DNA of 64,000 nt from Macrostomum hystrix (GCA_950097015.1 CATNEN010000039.1:5518001-5582000), one strand, 5' to 3'. Counted from the stretch's first letter, positions 46,642 through 58,613 are shown. Notes: a model not told the origin generated them from the letters alone. Numbers and translations: made by a program.

Positions 46642-49221
46642 ATGCTAGCTGACGGCGACATTTTAGCGCGCTGCCAAGCCGACTGGCTCGCTCAACCGCC
46701 AGAAGCAGCCGCCCAGGCTGACGAACTCTGGCAGCGCATCGCCTTGCTAGCCTCGTCCACCGTGTCGCAGCCGATGCCGCTTGCCGCAGCGCCACCGGCA
46801 CCACCTCGCCGACGCGCTTGGCCGGTTGTCGACGTGTTCGTCTCTTCTGCGCTGTCCGAATTCGTTGAGGAGCGAGAACGGCTGGCCAGGCGAGTGTTTC
46901 CCGCCCTGCGTGACTGGTGCGAGTCCCGGCGCCTTGCTCTGCGCGAGTCTGACCCGCGATGGGGTCTGGAGTCGGACGGACCTGACAGGGCCTATCTGGA
47001 CTTGATCGACGACAAGGAAGGCTGCATCTTCCTCGGCTTGGTAGGCGGCCGGCTTGCCCTGGTGCCTGACCAAGCCGACTTGACATCAGTCGGCCTGCCC
47101 ACCGGCTGCCACGCTGATCTAGCTGAGGCGCTGCACGGAGCTCTTCTTCCAGCACCGAGTCGTCGAGCAATGTTCCTGCTATTATTGGACAAGCCTTCAA
47201 AAGAGGGCGCCTCTAGTACCGAGGCAGCCCTATCAGCCAGATACCGTCTTGAGATCGCGAGCCGTTTTCCAGTAGACCAGGTTCTTGTCTATTCTCGCAG
47301 TGGCAGCGACTATTTGGACTCGTTCGAGTCCCGAGTGCTGGAATCCTTGAAGCGCATCGTCACAGAACAGTTTCCCGCAGCTGCAGAGTTGGTGCCCGGC
47401 TCAAACCCGTTGGATGCGACTGCGGAGATCGGCGACTCGAACGACGCTCATCTGAACTACATGCAATCCCTTCTTGAGAACGACAATCAAACCACAGCGA
47501 CCATCGCAGGCCAGGATCGCTGCCTGCGACTGCTTGCGAATTTCGTTGAGACTGGCGAGCTTTCGATGTCAGACTTTCGTCTGTTCGGCGACTCTGCCGA
47601 CCATATCGCGTTCGGCCTGCCCGGTGTGAAGTCGGTGGTCGTTTCGGGTGACCCGGGAATCGGAAAGTCGACAATGCTAGCTCGCCTCGGCGCGGCTTTT
47701 CACGGTCGACGTGGTTTCGATATCTTCGCCCACTTCGCCCAGCTGTCACCGGCTTCGAACGATCGACGCACTCTGCAGCGCAAGATGAAGGCTTTTCTGC
47801 GTCGCCAGCTGACAGAAGCCGAGGCTGCACGACTTGGCGATGAGCAGAGCACGAGCGTCTCAGAGCTGTTCAACACAGTCATGAGTGCCAAGCGGACGAT
47901 GCTAATCCTTATTGACGCATTCGAGTGCTTCTATGAAGTGTCGCATGTCGGCGAGCTGCTGCCTGTTGCCTGGCCGCAAAACATTCGCTGCGTGGTCTCC
48001 TGCCGTCGACGCGACCTGGATCGTTGCTTCAGTGAACGCAGCGTTTGCCTCTACGAGCTGGAGGCTCTGGATGCAGCGGCGCAAGCAACTGTCTGTCGCG
48101 GACGCCTGGGTGAAGCCTGGAGTAGCAATGTTGGCGAGGCACTGCTTGCGACTAAGTGCGGGAACGTTGCGGCTGCCGCCAATCCGCTTTGGCTGGTCGA
48201 AGCCTGCGCTGAAGTACGCCGATTCGGTCCAACTTCGGCTTCGGGCCTTCCGGGTGCTGCGCGAGATCTTCTGCTTCGAATCGCCACTCGCCTCCTAGCC
48301 GAAGAAGATGCCGATGGTACTTTGGCGGCCCTTCTGGCTCTCACCTGCGTCGCCCGCGTTGGCTTGTGGGAGTGGCACGCCCGATGTCTCCTGCGCTTCG
48401 CTGCAGACGATCGTTCTCTGTCGGAGTCTAACCTTCGCCCGCTTCCGCTGGTGGAATATCGCCGCCTGCTGCGATTGGCGCGGCCGTTCCTGCGGCAGAT
48501 TCGACGCGAGTCGGTCGCGTTCGCCTACCGACACGAGCTGGCGCGCTCTGCAGCCGCTCAGGCGCTGCAGCTGGTCGACAGTACAGAGCAGGCGAAGCGC
48601 TGGCACAGCCTGACGGCGGATTTTATCCTACTGGCCGGTAGGCTGAACTTTGAGAGCGCCTGCTTAGCCAAGGATCTGCCGTACCATCTGTACTGGAGCG
48701 ATCGGCGCTCCGAGCTTCACGCGCTGCTGCAGAGCGGCTCCCCACTCAACGGGTCGTCCCGCGTGCCGCACCAGACGGCCAGCGGTGTCTACAGCTCCTG
48801 GCGCTGCCGAGTACCGAAGGTTGCCGCCGACAAGTCGCCAGTGGCAGCAGCGTCGGCCTCTGCGGCTTCACGAGGCCTGGTTGCTTGCGCCAGCTGCGCC
48901 AACGAGCCGGGCGCCAACGCTGAGCAGCAGCAGCAGCGCGCCCGCTGCTGTATCTACTGCGGCCAGGCGCTGGCCTTCCATCGGGCTGGCGGCGCTGTGC
49001 CGGCGCTCACCTGCGGCCAACACCTGGCGCCAGTTGGTGAGCAGCCGCGTTGCTGGTTCTGCGACAGTCCAGCTGGCCCTCAGCCCGCCCAGTTGTTGGT
49101 TTGCAATTTCTGTAATAGCGCCGCCAGCTCCTACCTGTGCTACCTGCCCGTGCTGGAGACTGATCCGCAGTTCTCGCAGGTGGTCCGCAACCAGTCCAAG
49201 AAGTTTGGTCTACAATGGTGA
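46642..49221 (+). CDS. Intronless DUF4062-like + NACHT (STAND) NTPase, TEP1/NPHP3/TTC41-like, with a C-terminal Cys/His zinc-binding region, 859 aa
   Basis: VFVSSALSEFVEERERL..RVFPALRDWCESR....ESDPRWG (DUF4062-like); Walker A GDPGIGKST; Walker B LILIDAFE; NPLWL motif; LPYHL; C-terminal CxxC pairs. Confidence 0.88.
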   Translation: MLADGDILARCQADWLAQPPEAAAQADELWQRIALLASSTVSQPMPLAAAPPAPPRRRAWPVVDVFVSSALSEFVEERERLARRVFPALRDWCESRRLALRESDPRWGLESDGPDRAYLDLIDDKEGCIFLGLVGGRLALVPDQADLTSVGLPTGCHADLAEALHGALLPAPSRRAMFLLLLDKPSKEGASSTEAALSARYRLEIASRFPVDQVLVYSRSGSDYLDSFESRVLESLKRIVTEQFPAAAELVPGSNPLDATAEIGDSNDAHLNYMQSLLENDNQTTATIAGQDRCLRLLANFVETGELSMSDFRLFGDSADHIAFGLPGVKSVVVSGDPGIGKSTMLARLGAAFHGRRGFDIFAHFAQLSPASNDRRTLQRKMKAFLRRQLTEAEAARLGDEQSTSVSELFNTVMSAKRTMLILIDAFECFYEVSHVGELLPVAWPQNIRCVVSCRRRDLDRCFSERSVCLYELEALDAAAQATVCRGRLGEAWSSNVGEALLATKCGNVAAAANPLWLVEACAEVRRFGPTSASGLPGAARDLLLRIATRLLAEEDADGTLAALLALTCVARVGLWEWHARCLLRFAADDRSLSESNLRPLPLVEYRRLLRLARPFLRQIRRESVAFAYRHELARSAAAQALQLVDSTEQAKRWHSLTADFILLAGRLNFESACLAKDLPYHLYWSDRRSELHALLQSGSPLNGSSRVPHQTASGVYSSWRCRVPKVAADKSPVAAASASAASRGLVACASCANEPGANAEQQQQRARCCIYCGQALAFHRAGGAVPALTCGQHLAPVGEQPRCWFCDSPAGPQPAQLLVCNFCNSAASSYLCYLPVLETDPQFSQVVRNQSKKFGLQW

Positions 49222-50129
49222 AACTGCTCTGGGGCTCCAGCTTGGCCAGCTGATTATGCAATTCTTGCCGGAACTCTAAACTGTAGCAGAATACTAATAT
49301 CTTTCCATTTGCTTCATGTTTCTGTTATTTTTCATCGGAAACCATAAGGTTCGACTTAATTTAATCATATCAATCAATCACCTGAACTCATATTTTCATT
49401 TCATTTCTCACTCGCTTCTGTAGCGACTTTGTCTGTCTTTATTTTAGGCTGCTTTTTTCTCGAGCACATTGTTAGCACCTAAATTGAGTTTAATCCATAG
49501 AAACGACAGACAATATAAACGATTGCACCGATTAGTTCAATTGTTTGCTAGCGTGCTACAACAAAGAGTAACTTTTGATGGCATTTCAGAAAATTATTTA
49601 AGTAGATTCAGTTCTTTCTGGTTTCTGTAGCGGCAAAGATTTGCTTAAAAAAGGACTTTAAAACACAGTGCTATTTTTTCTCCCTTAATTTTCCCGTGAG
49701 ACTTTTCTTTCCCTAGAAGCAACAGCAGCAGTCTTGCCATCGAGACAGGAAAAGACAGCTGCCTTCACCGTTCCCTGTTTAGTTTTCCTCGTAGCCAGAT
49801 GCTGCACACTTCGTCCTGTTGAAGGCTACCCCTGTCCAGCTGCCAATCCCCCCTGTCTGGCAGGGCTTTCCGTTTCATACCGCTGCAGCCCACTGCTAGG
49901 AGTTCTCGACGGGCCGCAGTCCCTGTCACTCCAAACTGATTCGCATGGGTTCGTTAGCCGAAGCCTGCAGTTCCGGCCCAGACTCGACCTGGGCGTGAAC
50001 CTCTGCAAAGAAACCGCATGGTGCGCGGCAAGTTAAAAGAACATTTTTGGGCTGGCTGGAAATCTGACAAATAGAGGAACCAAGAAAGTCGGGTATCGAT
50101 TTTTTGATAATCCTTCTGGCAACTGATAA

Positions 50130-50491
50130 TCGATAATTATATCAATTAAAATAATAAGAATTGCAGGAGAGCTGCGGGTAATGGCACATCTTTTGGTGAC
50201 ACTGGACCTTCAGCCAGCGAGGAGGCAATTCTGCCCATTTCGCTGACTCCTGAGCACACACGCACGCAGATACCGTACGTAGGCACACACTCACACAGGT
50301 GTGTGTATGGTCAGGCAATGTACACTTTCACTATGCCTTGGATGTTGGCCCTCTAGAGCGTAAATTGCACGTCAAGCCCCCAGTCTTCTATCCTCGGCTG
50401 CGTTTCTAGTTACTGTGGCCTCGCCGCGGAATCGAGCTGACGGACCTTGGTGCGAGAGACAAAGGCATTAGACCGCTCTGCCACTGACCCC
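50130..50491 (-). mobile_element. tRNA-derived SINE (family 2); 3' boundary approximate
   Basis: Head GGGGTCAGTGGCAGAGCGGTCTAATGC (A box)...GCTCGATTCC (B box variant). Body shared with the copy at 16755-17155. Confidence 0.72.
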
Positions 50492-52966
50492 TATAGATCA
50501 TAGATGCTTATAGACAAGAAATCTGTCCTGAATGTAGTAGCAGACGCAGGGCCTGCTCACGCATTCTGAGCGGACATTGTAAAGTCCGACCAGCGACATG
50601 GAGACTGTGTCCTAATTCCTGCATGTGACGACAGAATTAAAACTTTGCTTAAATGTAACTGCTGCTTTGAACCAAAGAAAGAGCATATTAAGCTACGTCT
50701 GTATCATGCAAATTTTTCAGAAATCGAACATCGATTCCTTCACTACTATGTTAAGAAGGCTTGTTGTCAATACTCTCGATTTAATGAGGTATTTTTTAGT
50801 GTTTACAGCTCTGTGGATCCGAAAAGTGTCGACTGCCTTCAGGGATCCCATGAGTGAGCAATCGTTTCCTCTCCTATCTCACTTTCTGCAACTCCATATT
50901 CGTTCGAATTCTGAGCAATATATCAAACTACGAGTATATATGGATATCTATATGCGTGCGCCGTGAGTCTCGAGTCGAGTCCATCCCAATTTCGAGAAGC
51001 CAGTCTGTCCCATCGCTGGAGCCCCCAGGCAGCAGCATCTGTGGTCAACACTTGAGCTGGCGTGAGCAGCCCTTCTTGCCACCTCCCTCACATATAGAGA
51101 ATCTCCAGAAGCTGGTTCAGAAGAAGCGGTCGAGAGAGAGAGAGCAGGACAGAAAATGAGATAGACGCCCAGTTACGCGTGAGAAGCTTTTACTATATCG
51201 GAGGCAGTCTTGGAGAATTAGAATGAAGTGAGCTCTATTTAAATAATACAGTTGCTTGTCTGGATTAGAGCGGCTGCGGCGCAAAACAGCGCTGCCATTT
51301 TTCGGCAAATATTTTTGCATTTGCACTCCGCCAGTGTGGTTGCTTCTGCAATAAAAAAGCACACAACACGTACAGTACACAGTTCTGCAAGCACACAACC
51401 TGCCCGTTAGAATTTTAGCGCATATTTTCTTGTGTCCAGATTTATTATTTCATTCCAAGTAGCAGCACAATGTTACAGCAACTAAGTAGAGGGTATTGAG
51501 AACTCCTTTCATTTAGCCACTTCGTAGGCTAATTGAGTTGGGCCTCTGCACTTGTATATCTGCCTGGCTGACCTGGCGATGCATATCACTGCTCAACAAG
51601 TTTTGAGAATAGATGAGCATCGTATAATTGACAATTAGCGCTGCCTCTCGTCCAGTTAGTGACATCAAATAGATAGATAAATAGGTACTGTTACAGGGCC
51701 TTTTAAATTGATCTCTCTATATTAATTTAATTTGAAGAATGGCACGCCAGCGCAGATTTTGCTGCTTTGCTATAGCAGTTGACAGCCGTTGCAGGTGCGC
51801 GCTATTAGCTACCTACTGAAAAAACATCGTACCACAATTTGCGCGTGTCAGTTATACAGACAGCTGTAAGCCCGGACTGTTAATTATACGCTGTCTAACA
51901 AAATGGGCTTGCAGCTGCATGGGTCTACTTTGTACATAAAAATAAATATATCTAATGATACGTATATTGCCTACAGTAGTACAATTAGTTCGCTCGTTAC
52001 AGGATTTGATCCTGCCCTTTTTCTTGCTGATTCCATATAGTGCAGCCGCATTTCGGGGCATATTTTACTCAAAAGCAAGTTGTGATATTTTGACTTAGGT
52101 CTCTCTTTGCGTTGAGATCCCTAAATGAGGCCGGGTGTCCTACTCTTTGCGAGAGACTTTATTGCCGTAATTCGAAAATAACGAAGACAAGACGATTCAA
52201 AAGTCCAAGCTAAACAGCTGATATTTAAGTGTTAATTCGTTAATAAGAGAAAGCTATGAATGATTGATTCCCTTGGCAGCGCTCCTTCCGTCCCCTGCCA
52301 GGTACTGTACTTAATTCAATTCAATTCACAATACGCACTGGAAATTTACTAACAAAATCTCGATAGCCTCAACACAAGAACAACACGAACTCTACTCGAA
52401 AATGCTCTGGACATCAACAAGAACTCGCGAAAATAACACGACAATTGACACAAATAACTCCTAGACAAACAGACAGTCCCTATGACAAAACAAGACAAAT
52501 AACACAAAACCTAACCCAAAGTCCCTAGTCTGAAACCGAGGCGACCAGCAAGCACTTTCGCACTATGGCACAACGATAGTTCTATCGTGCCACACCTAAT
52601 GTCAATTTGACGGCGTCCCACCGATGATTGTCGGCGATATGGAGAGTACTTCCGTGCTTGTCAATCCCTGTCTAACACTCCGTCAGCAAATGGCCAGACG
52701 TGCCGAGCTCAGCGCAAGCTATACTTACTGACGTGGGATTGAGTGTGGGGTTTTCTTCGACTAGCTAGTTGGACCGGTTTACCTGTCCCGGTATCTATTA
52801 CTAGGGTGCGTAACAACGCGGAAAAGAACGATTGCAACGAAACGACTCGACACAACACGAAACGACACGACGCGAAAAGACACGACGCATATGGGAACAA
52901 AATGACAACACAATAGTCAGTTGTATAGTCAAGCGCCCGCCCCAGCCCCCCATCAAAGCCTGGGTG

Positions 52967-55900
52967 CAGAGACTTCTAGAAATAACAACTGGACCCGCAA
53001 GGCACAGCGATGACTAATGTTTTCCCTGCAAGTTGAGGCCGGCATTTTTAGGGGCAGAGGGAGTGCACAAACTTGTTTACTGCAGCCAGAGACTTCTAGA
53101 AGTAACAGCCAGGTGTGACTTTCCATTCTTTCCCACTAAAGAACCCAATCCTACTGGAAAAGTGGAAAAGATCGCTATTCCCAATCAAGACCTGCAGCCT
53201 ACGAAATATTTGCGAATATGCTCACTGCACTTTGCGGACGAAGACTTTGTTCAAAAGTCTCAAGACTCATTTGGCAGAATCATTTGGCAAAAATCTATAT
53301 TTGAGACCTGACGCTGTGCCCACCATTTTTTAAAATGTACCGAAGTACTTGTCAGCTCCAAGGCAGCCAGTTCGAAGCACTTGCTCAGCAACGTCTTCTG
53401 CCCGACTTGACTTAGACAATGCTCTGCTGCAGAATGAGATCGATGAATTTTACGTCCAAGACTCAATTCTCAATTGCTCCGTCCGGGAGATTCAGGAGCT
53501 GCTCGACGCAGAGGAAAATCGGCCAGCTGGGTTTTTCACAAGCATTTGCGATGGCCAGTTGTGCAATGTGCATCCACATGCCGGATGTCAACCCCATCTG
53601 CCGGATTTCCTGCTCCATCTGCATTGGGTCGGATTATCAGGTCTCCATCGGTATCAATGGCTCCCCACTGTCAAAGAGCAAGGTGACCGATTTCACAGGC
53701 GACGATGGCAAGGTCAGTACAGTGAGTGGTCTCATGAATCTGATGGCAAGGTCAGTACAGTGAGTGGTCTCATGAATCTGGTGGCAAGGTCAGTACAGTG
53801 AGTGGTCTCATGAATCTGGTGGCAAGGTCAGTACAGTGAGTGGTCTCATGAATCTGATGGCAAGGTCAGTACAGTGAGTGGTCTCATGAATCTGATGGCA
53901 AGGTCAGTACAGTGAGTGGTCTCATGAATCTGGTGGCAAGGTCAGTACAGTGAGTGGTCTCATGAATCTGATGGCAAGGTCAGTACAGTGAGTGGTCTCA
54001 TGAATCTGATGGCAAGGTCAGTACAGAGAGTGGTCTCACGAATCTGATGGCAAAAGTGAAGAACTGGAAGGAAAGTACAGATCTGTCTGAGTTGCCCGAG
54101 AAGCTGAAGGCCTCCTTGAGCTGGCCGAGGATAGTCTAGCCAGTGTTCTCGAGCTGAAAGAATACCGCTCTGTGGCATTTCTTAGGGAGCAGCTGCAGCT
54201 CAGCAGAACACAGAAGTCCGCGAAGATCTATTCTCAAGAGCTAATGGTTTTAAGTTATATAATTTGCTCCATAAGTACATCAGCGTATAGTGCTCTTCGT
54301 GACCAAGAGATTCTGCACCTCCCGTCTGTGAGAACGCTTCAAAATGTCACAAGACGAGTTGGAAAGGCCGGTCTGGATGAGCAGAGCTATCTTCGTCTCC
54401 GAGCTAGTAAGCTGACTCGGATGGAGAAGGTAGTCTACTAATTATCGATGAAATATACATCGCAAAACGCATCGAATACAGCGCCGGGCAAGTGCGTGGA
54501 GTCGATAACGATAGAGCGACAGCTTCTACGTACTGTTGCTTTATGATCAAGTCCATTGCTGGCAAGTACAAGGACATGGTTGCTATGCACGCAGTGTCCA
54601 ACTTGACAGCCAAGAAGCTTTACACCTGGTTCGTAGACGTGATGGCATTGCTGCGCAGCCTAAATTTTTACAGTCATTGCCGTCTCTGTTGACAATGCGG
54701 CTGTCTATAGGAAATTCGTCACTGACTTCATCTGTGGTGGGGAGCTCAAGACCTCCGTCATTGATCAAATCACAGGCCAGCCGATGTTCATTTTCTTCGG
54801 TCCTGTGCATAATCTTAAGAACATCTACAACAACTTCCAAGCAAGAAAAAACTTTGTATGCCCAGCCTTTCCACCTGTCCTGCTGCGCACCTGTGAGGCA
54901 CAGTTCCAGCACACAAATTGATTCGCTCCGCGATATCGATCGTGCGATCGCGGAGTCGAATCCCGAGCATGATTCTGGAATGAAGATACTGGCTCAGGAG
55001 ATGGCGGCAACGATGGAGTTGACTGCTCAGCCCGAAGGGTCCGACTACACCGTCATCTACTACATGAGGAGTTGCATTGCGAAGAAACTGGTGCAGAGCA
55101 GACGTGGCTGCGAGTCTTGCCGGGAGCTTCTTCTCGAGTCGGACGTTCTGACCCCGCTAGAAGTAGATGCTCCAATCCAGTCGACTGCCTCTGCATTTAT
55201 TGACGAGATTAACCGCGGCGGGTTGTCCAAGCCGACTGACGTAGTGTTCAACCTGGCGAGCCACAGCTGGAAGGTTTTTGAGGCGATTCGAAGGAGCGAA
55301 AAACTGCGAGGCCAGCTGCTCAGCGCCTCCAACCAGATGGTCTTGTTCACCAATCTCTTGGACGAGCTTATGGAGGATGACGTCTTCATGGAGAATTTCT
55401 TTGGGCGCACGATCTGCTCTGAGGGCCACTGTGTTCAAGGCGGTGTTGTCAAGTTCTTCTCCAACTGCATGATGAAAAACCTGTCGAAGGACTTGTCAAC
55501 AGCGAGTTGCGCTGCAAGAAGCAGAAAAGTAGCCAAGCTTTCTGGTCTCTGCACTGACAAGTGAAGGTGCGCGCTGATAATTGTTAATCTCATTTGTGCA
55601 TTGGATTGCTCATTATTCTATGCTACTTCAATCTACAATAGAGTAGTTTTTACATTTTCACTCCCTTTTTCTGTGTGTCTTATGATGTGATAGTTTCTTG
55701 TACAGGTTTCACAGTGAAAAGAAGCAACACTTGTGTTAAATACTGATATTTTAATGCTACTTTGTAATGCCCAATTTCAAAATGTAAATTAACTGTAAAT
55801 TGAAGCGCAGAACTTAGTTTAGGTATTATTATTATCTAATACCAATCACTAATAAAAGTATCATTAATAAAATAAATCTTGAATCTCACGATCAAGAAAC

Positions 55901-56097
55901 ATGCTAATAATTTGTTTACGAAAATTTGTAAATTCAAAATAAGAAAATTCGAAGGTAATAAACTTCCACTTGGAATAATAGCAGAATTATGAAAATCCTG
56001 TGTCCCTTTTTGGCTCACAGGATTGGCCGAAACCCGGCCTCAACTTGCAGGGGAGAAGAAAGCCTGCGGGTCCAGTTGTTATTTCTAGAAGTCTCTG
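52967..56097 (+). mobile_element. P-element/THAP9-type DNA transposon (3131 bp) with a defective transposase
   Basis: 33-bp perfect TIRs CAGAGACTTCTAGAAATAACAACTGGACCCGCA. 8-bp TSD cctgggtg (52959-66, 56098-105); the empty site is present in LTR B1. THAP motifs FHSFP..W, ICSLHF, LRPDAVPTIF. Transposase motifs LPSVRTL, IIDEIY, VDNA, PVHNLKNIYNN, INRGGL.KP. Frameshifts and an internal deletion. Confidence 0.93.
53704..54052. repeat. 38-bp tandem array (gatggcaaggtcagtacagtgagtggtctcatgaatct, about 9 copies) inside the transposase region
   Basis: Visible array. Confidence 0.95.
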
Positions 56098-56441
56098 CCT
56101 GGGTGCCGGCCGCGCCGCTTGTTCTTCTGCCAGGTCGACCCTGCCGGTTAACGAACTGGCTGCTGATTGGCCAGGCCCGGGGTGTCGCGCTTAAGTCGGG
56201 TCGCATAAGATTGGCTGGCCGCCCTCCTATTGGCTGGGCCCACCAGACCGGGGTTAGTCCGATGCCTTGGCTGTAGAGCCGGGTGACCGGCCGGTCGCGT
56301 GTGTAGGCCTGGCTGGGGCGCGCATGTACAAACAACAAACCTATAACATACATTATAATAATTCATTAATATTGACGTGCGCGAATATGTTACTTCAAGT
56401 AGAAATATACGCATTATAAAATAAACATGCCGACACTACAG

Positions 56442-57127
56442 TGTATAAGACTTAGAAATCTGAAGGGAATTTAAGAGTTCGTCAGCGGGAAGCGAAAGCA
56501 AAAAATAGCAACAGCAGAAAGTGCGAGCAACCGAAAGGAGAATGATTAGACAAAATCCGCCCCCAGAGATTAACTATTCATTTCAGCGCAGGCCCGGTTC
56601 GGCATGACAGCAGCTGTGCCGACGTGGAGCTGGCTGAGACCGGATCCGCAGAGGCGCCGACGTGGAGCTGCCGGAGACCGGATCCGCAGCTGTGCTGACG
56701 TGGAATGGCCCGAGACCGGAACGCAGCTGCGCTGACGTGGAGCTCCCGGAATCAACCCGGCCTACCCCGACCTGCAGCTGCCTGCATCGACCCAGCCCAG
56801 TCTGAAATTGGAGCCGCCCGGACCCGATCGGGAACGAGATCTGGAGGAGGCCGGAACCGCACAAGAAGACTGGATCGATGAAGGGAAAGGGGATAATGAA
56901 CAGTAGGAAAGAGGTCTCAGTAGAATTGGGAACGCATCCTAACTCAACTAAGGCGTTTTTCTCCACCTCCCATAGAAAAGGGGTGGGCGTGCCTGCCAAC
57001 CAACTAGTTTAATGACAACAACTGTACTAGACTCGAGGCTGCGACCTCACTCACCCCAAATTCTCATGTGTACTGTTGCTATGGTATTTTCTTCCCCTCG
57101 GATCGAGGGTTTTAAAGACATTATATA
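56442..57127 (+). mobile_element. Candidate 5' LTR of the env-bearing element, followed by PBS tggtgcggagcgcgg (57131)
   Basis: Starts TGTATAA and ends TTATATA (imperfect inverted ends), with a TGG-initiated PBS 3 nt later. Internal 37-38-bp repeats. The second LTR is outside the window, so the boundaries are unconfirmed. Confidence 0.6.
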
Positions 57128-58613
57128 TATTGGTGCGGAGCGCGGAAAAAGATTCGCCGCTCCAGTTAGTTAGAGACTCACTTTGAGCTCCGTTTAGAAA
57201 ATCATTGTGTTTGCGTTCTTTCTTAAGTAGAATCAGTGATAACGATCTAGAGATATCACCACTGCCAGCCGGTATACTGAGTATCGATAGTCGTTAGGAG
57301 TTATAGCCTTCAAGACTTTTAGACTGCAATAAACCGCTAGACAAAGTATAGGAAAACTACGAGTGAAGAAGAAGAGGAACACCAAACTTGAAGCGCTATA
57401 CGTGGTTCCCAGACCTACGAGTCATCTAGTAAGCAGTCTACAATTTTCAACCTGACGACATCGACCAGTAATGGCTGAGTAATTTCCGACGGTGGAGGAA
57501 GGAACGCGGAAGGCCAGGATGAGTGCTGTCATACAATTGTTTCTCTACTAAGTATATTACATCGTGTCGTAAGAGGACATGTGCGTTTTTTATTGGAAAA
57601 TTTAACAAAAAAATTGACAAAACTATTAAAAATGAACAAAAAAAGTAGAGTAGATTTGTACAAAGCTATACGGTATGATTTTCCTTAGTAGAGAAATATT
57701 TAGCGGCTGGTGAAACAAGTCACCAAGGCCGCGCATCAATAGCGAGGGGCTACCAGGAAGTTGTTTAAATAGGACTATAGTCGAACTATTATAAAAGGTG
57801 TACTCATTTAAAGAATTCAGGCAGCGCTGACCAGCATTACCACATATTAAAGCTTAGGCTCTAAAAAGGAGCTTTCGCAGGAGCCGGCCGACTCATCACA
57901 GGTAAAGGACCTGTCAAATGATATGCAGCATTAAAAGTACACCGTATAGGGCTTTTCATTATTATAGCGCGCTTCAATAGGCTCAGTAGGATAGTAGACC
58001 TTCTGAGGGGAGTTCATACTCTTGGCACTAAGGACTGCGCGGACACAGAGGGGGGAAGAACTCACTTAGGCTCTGTACACTGCGTCTATCTGACTCCGCT
58101 CTCCAGCAAACGCGACAGCCCGCCCATAGCGCTGTTGATCTACTACAAGGCGTGTTAGGGTAAGTATTTGTGCCCCAACCTAGGTAGCCAGTCCAGGAGA
58201 CAACCTCGAGGCATTTCTGAATAAAATTGAAATGCATAGCCCAACTAGCCAATAAGGCAGAAAGCGGAAAACGCTTAATCATTAAAAGTGCATGTATATA
58301 AAAGGCTGCAACCATATTACTTAACGATTACTTAATGACTTTGCGACATGCGAGACAAAATGCACTCACTCATTTGTATAAAGCAGGAAAATTTACATAT
58401 TGACAGCACCACCTGGCCGGAAACGTATCCGATACCTCTACCCCTTTTCTCATATTTGAATTTCACTTAAACCTTTTGTGAGATCTCAAGATAGATCAGA
58501 GCACACACTGACAAGATATTTTGCTGAAGTCAAGCTGATTAAATACGCATCACTTACATTCATATCATTTGCGGCCAACTCCGCAAAGAACCAATAGACC
58601 GGAATATCAGTAT

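Larger units (their letters stand above)
52081..56440 (-). mobile_element. Solo LTR B, copy 2, split by a P element
   Basis: 52081-52966 and 56098-56440 align with 12378-14167 minus the SINE. Same TGTGAT...CTACA ends. Confidence 0.88.

Noticed and set aside
50410-50491. Possible tRNA genes (also 13410-13485 and 17080-17155)
   Set aside because: A/B boxes are present, but I saw no full cloverleaf and each continues into a SINE body.
50500-51400. Short Cys-containing ORFs
   Set aside because: I could not join them into a phase-consistent gene or recognise a domain.
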